This document shows positions 61,751-64,000 of a stretch of DNA of 64,000 nucleotides, piece by piece (position 1 is the stretch's first letter; every line of letters starts with the position of its first letter). Source of the DNA: an uncultured Acidobacteriota bacterium (lineage in GTDB: Bacteria > Acidobacteriota > Thermoanaerobaculia > UBA5066 > DATFVB01); contig CAWEYG010000004.1 in NCBI GenBank assembly GCA_963813155.1, positions 32,001 through 96,000 on the forward strand. Reading direction: 5' to 3'. Position numbers and translations under genes: made by a program. A model generated the notes under the pieces. The model searched no databases and was not told the origin of the DNA. It saw only the letters and a program-made list of their open reading frames with translations.

Positions 61751-63450
61751 TGTTCCCCCGGAAGTCCGACGAGCGCGACACTGGCATTCCAGATCCGGAA
61801 GTCTTGCTCATCCCGATGTGACGGGATCCTGTCGACGACGTCTTTCCCCGTCAACACGAGCGTCGGTTGCTGCGGGCGGACGAGCGATTCCGGCAGAGCA
61901 GTCTCGCTGGCGAGGTTGTAAATCCTGACGCCATGCAGTCCCTGAAGGTACCATCGCGCCTCACACCAGACTCCGGGGACTTCGCCGGTGGGAGCGAGAG
62001 ACGGGAAATTCCAGAACGTCACCGCGTTTCCATAGGAGGGCGCGATCGCTTCGATTCGCCTGGCCAGAAGCTCGGAATTCAAGACTTCTCCGCCCAGGCG
62101 AAGCGGCGCCAGCGCGAAGGCTGCGGAAACCGCCGTCAGCTCGGCGACGAGAAGCGTTCGCCCCCAGCGGGGCCGCAGGAGGATCAGGCACACCAGTAGC
62201 ACTCCGAGCGCGATCGGCAGGATCAGTACGGCTCCCGTTGACACGAACCGGATGCTTGCGCCCGTCCAAAGCCAGAGGAAACAGTCGCTGCTCCATCGCG
62301 GTCGGAAGAGGAGCGCCCCTGCGGCGAGCGCGCCCGCTGCCGTCGTCAGAGCGACGCTGTGGCGCCCGGCCGCAAGAAGCCTCTGGACGAAGACGCCGAT
62401 CAGAATCGCGACGGCGGGGTAGAAAGGGTAGCCGTACCAGGCCGTCGGGTTGGTGGCGGCGAGCATGCCGGCCGCGTACAGGCCGATCCAGCCCGCGCTC
62501 AGGGCCCGGTCATCGTGTCTCCACTCCGGCAGCCTCCGCAAGACCCACGCGATGATCAGCGGCGCAAGGAGGCTCCAGGGGAAGAACCCGTCAAAGAGCG
62601 TTCGCGCCAGAACGCCGACCCGGCCGGACAACGGCCGCGGGGTCTTCCATGGCAGAGGTCTCCCGCCGCCCAAATTGAACCGTCCCAGGTTCTCCCGCAA
62701 GAGGAACACTTCCGCGAACGCCCGGCCATGCAGGATCAGCATCGCCGCCGGCCAGGCCACGGAAAGCGCGAGGAGCATCGCCGTGGCGCCCCAGATCAGG
62801 CGGGGGGGAATTGGAGGATTCGCCCTGCGCGTCGCAAAGAGATGGATTCCAACGAGGGCGGCCGCCGGGAGGCCCAGGAAGTTCTTCGTCAGACTGGCGA
62901 GCCCGAATGCGATGCCCGCGAGTATCAGAAGCCGCGGGTGCGCTCTGCGAGAAACGACACACAGCATTCCGAGCGCGATCCAGAACGTCGCCGTCGGATC
63001 GAGGCAGCAATTGCGAGCTCCATGGTAATAGACGAATCTTGCTGACGTCGCCAGGGCCAGCGCCGCGAAAACTCCCGCCCGGGCCCCGAAGAGACGACGC
63101 CCGATCAGCCCGGTCAACAGCACGGTCCCGGCGCCGGCGGCACCCGACCAGAAGCGCAGAGCGAGGTCCGTTTGCCCGACGACGAGGAACGTACCGGCAG
63201 TAAGCCAGAAATAGAGCGGCGGCTTCGTGTAACGGAAACCGCCATTCAGACGGGGCGTGAGCCAGTCTCCGGTCTGAAGCATTTCCCGTGAGGTGAGCGC
63301 TTCGATCGCTTCGTCGCTGTCCTTCAGGCTGGGCGCGCCCAGACGATAGAAATTGAGCGCGAGCGACAGGACGGCGACCGCGAGCATGCCGATTACGAAA
63401 AAGCGGCGGTCGCGCCGGGCCGAATCGAGCGTCTCGGCCACGTCCGTCAC
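61747..63450 (-). CDS. ArnT-like (GT-C) membrane glycosyltransferase
   Basis: DSDEA, GDWLTPRLNG, KPPLYFW, LASLTK, FFPWS; many TM helices. Confidence 0.88.
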   Translation of the reverse strand: MTDVAETLDSARRDRRFFVIGMLAVAVLSLALNFYRLGAPSLKDSDEAIEALTSREMLQTGDWLTPRLNGGFRYTKPPLYFWLTAGTFLVVGQTDLALRFWSGAAGAGTVLLTGLIGRRLFGARAGVFAALALATSARFVYYHGARNCCLDPTATFWIALGMLCVVSRRAHPRLLILAGIAFGLASLTKNFLGLPAAALVGIHLFATRRANPPIPPRLIWGATAMLLALSVAWPAAMLILHGRAFAEVFLLRENLGRFNLGGGRPLPWKTPRPLSGRVGVLARTLFDGFFPWSLLAPLIIAWVLRRLPEWRHDDRALSAGWIGLYAAGMLAATNPTAWYGYPFYPAVAILIGVFVQRLLAAGRHSVALTTAAGALAAGALLFRPRWSSDCFLWLWTGASIRFVSTGAVLILPIALGVLLVCLILLRPRWGRTLLVAELTAVSAAFALAPLRLGGEVLNSELLARRIEAIAPSYGNAVTFWNFPSLAPTGEVPGVWCEARWYLQGLHGVRIYNLASETALPESLVRPQQPTLVLTGKDVVDRIPSHRDEQDFRIWNASVALVGLPGEQ

Positions 63451-63503
63451 AGAGGGAGATTAGCACCTTGGGGTCCGCTCGCGCGACTCGCGGGCAACGC
63501 GGA

Positions 63504-63914
63504 TTATTTCTTGTAGAACGCCTCGACGACCTTCTTGATCTCGTCGTCGGCCGAGCCCTCGGCCTTCATCTTCCCGGCGAGCTCCGCTTCGCCGCGGCAG
63601 ATTTCGCACCCCGTCGCGTGGAGCGACGTGTAGCAGGTGAGAAGCGACCTATGGTGCAGGTTCGGGCTCTCCTCGCAGCCGCAATAGCAGTGGATCTTGT
63701 CGATCGTTTCCGGATATTTCTTCGCGGCCGCGTAAGCCGGGCGCGATTCCGCGTCCTCATCGCCCAGCTCCGCCGGGTCGAGGAGCGGCTTGGTTTCGCG
63801 GCACGCCGCGCATCCGTTGGATTTCGGCGATTCCTTCTTTGGCGCGGTTTTGTCGGCGAAGGCGATGGCGCCGGCGAGGAGCAGCGCGCCTCCGGCCGCG
63901 AGAATGAGTTTCAT
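63504..63914 (-). CDS. PCYCGC-motif-type exported protein
   Basis: Signal peptide; HCYCGC, HRSLLTCY, HATGCEIC; extra CAAC. Confidence 0.85.
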   Translation of the reverse strand: MKLILAAGGALLLAGAIAFADKTAPKKESPKSNGCAACRETKPLLDPAELGDEDAESRPAYAAAKKYPETIDKIHCYCGCEESPNLHHRSLLTCYTSLHATGCEICRGEAELAGKMKAEGSADDEIKKVVEAFYKK

Positions 63915-63937
63915 GATTTCTCCATCAACGGAAGGGT

Positions 63938-63963
63938 AACGTTTCCCCGCTTTCGATTGTTCC
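63938..63963 (-). promoter_or_regulatory. ECF-type promoter GGAAC-N17-CGTT
   Basis: Minus strand GGAACAATCGAAAGCGGGGAAACGTT, 23 nt upstream of the ATG, with RBS GGAG. Confidence 0.55.
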
Positions 63964-64000
63964 AGAATTCGAGCGCTTCGGCGTAGAAAGAAGAGGCTTC

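Overview
GC-rich bacterial chromosomal segment. The gene content (tandem Ser/Thr kinase-beta-propeller genes, FecR/DUF6600-type protein, BNR-repeat protein, aroD-aroE fusion) suggests an Acidobacteriota-like organism; this is inference only. About 50 mostly housekeeping CDSs: MFS, M28 peptidase, SDRs, an ECF sigma/anti-sigma/Spy-like cluster with an MdlAB-type exporter, a BMP nucleoside-type ABC importer, beta-oxidation genes, def, cysS, three Hanks kinases, fabH, osmC, an aroDE-trpEGDCFBA-CM-DAHPS supra-operon, an IS30, ypdA, a RodZ/DnaJ/PP2C cluster, vapBC, tRNA-Met(CAT) and an ArnT/GT2/LAB_N envelope cluster. Many genes carry single-base frameshifts, most likely long-read assembly errors. 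The most notable signals lie outside the ORF track: (1) a 17-aa leader peptide MKIGFSPSWYWYNEATR with a complete sigma70 promoter, antiterminator and terminator ahead of the aromatic supra-operon, a candidate mixed Trp/Tyr(/Phe)-sensing attenuator; (2) an IS30 inserted inside a GTCATTCCCGCGAAAGCGGGAATC palindrome, whose transposase takes its stop codon from that target; (3) several palindromic repeat families, one inserted in frame inside ypdA; (4) pervasive leaderless-type promoters, plus recognisable sigma54 and ECF promoters; (5) an island scar next to tRNA-Met. Starts and frameshift positions were read by eye and may be a few bases off.
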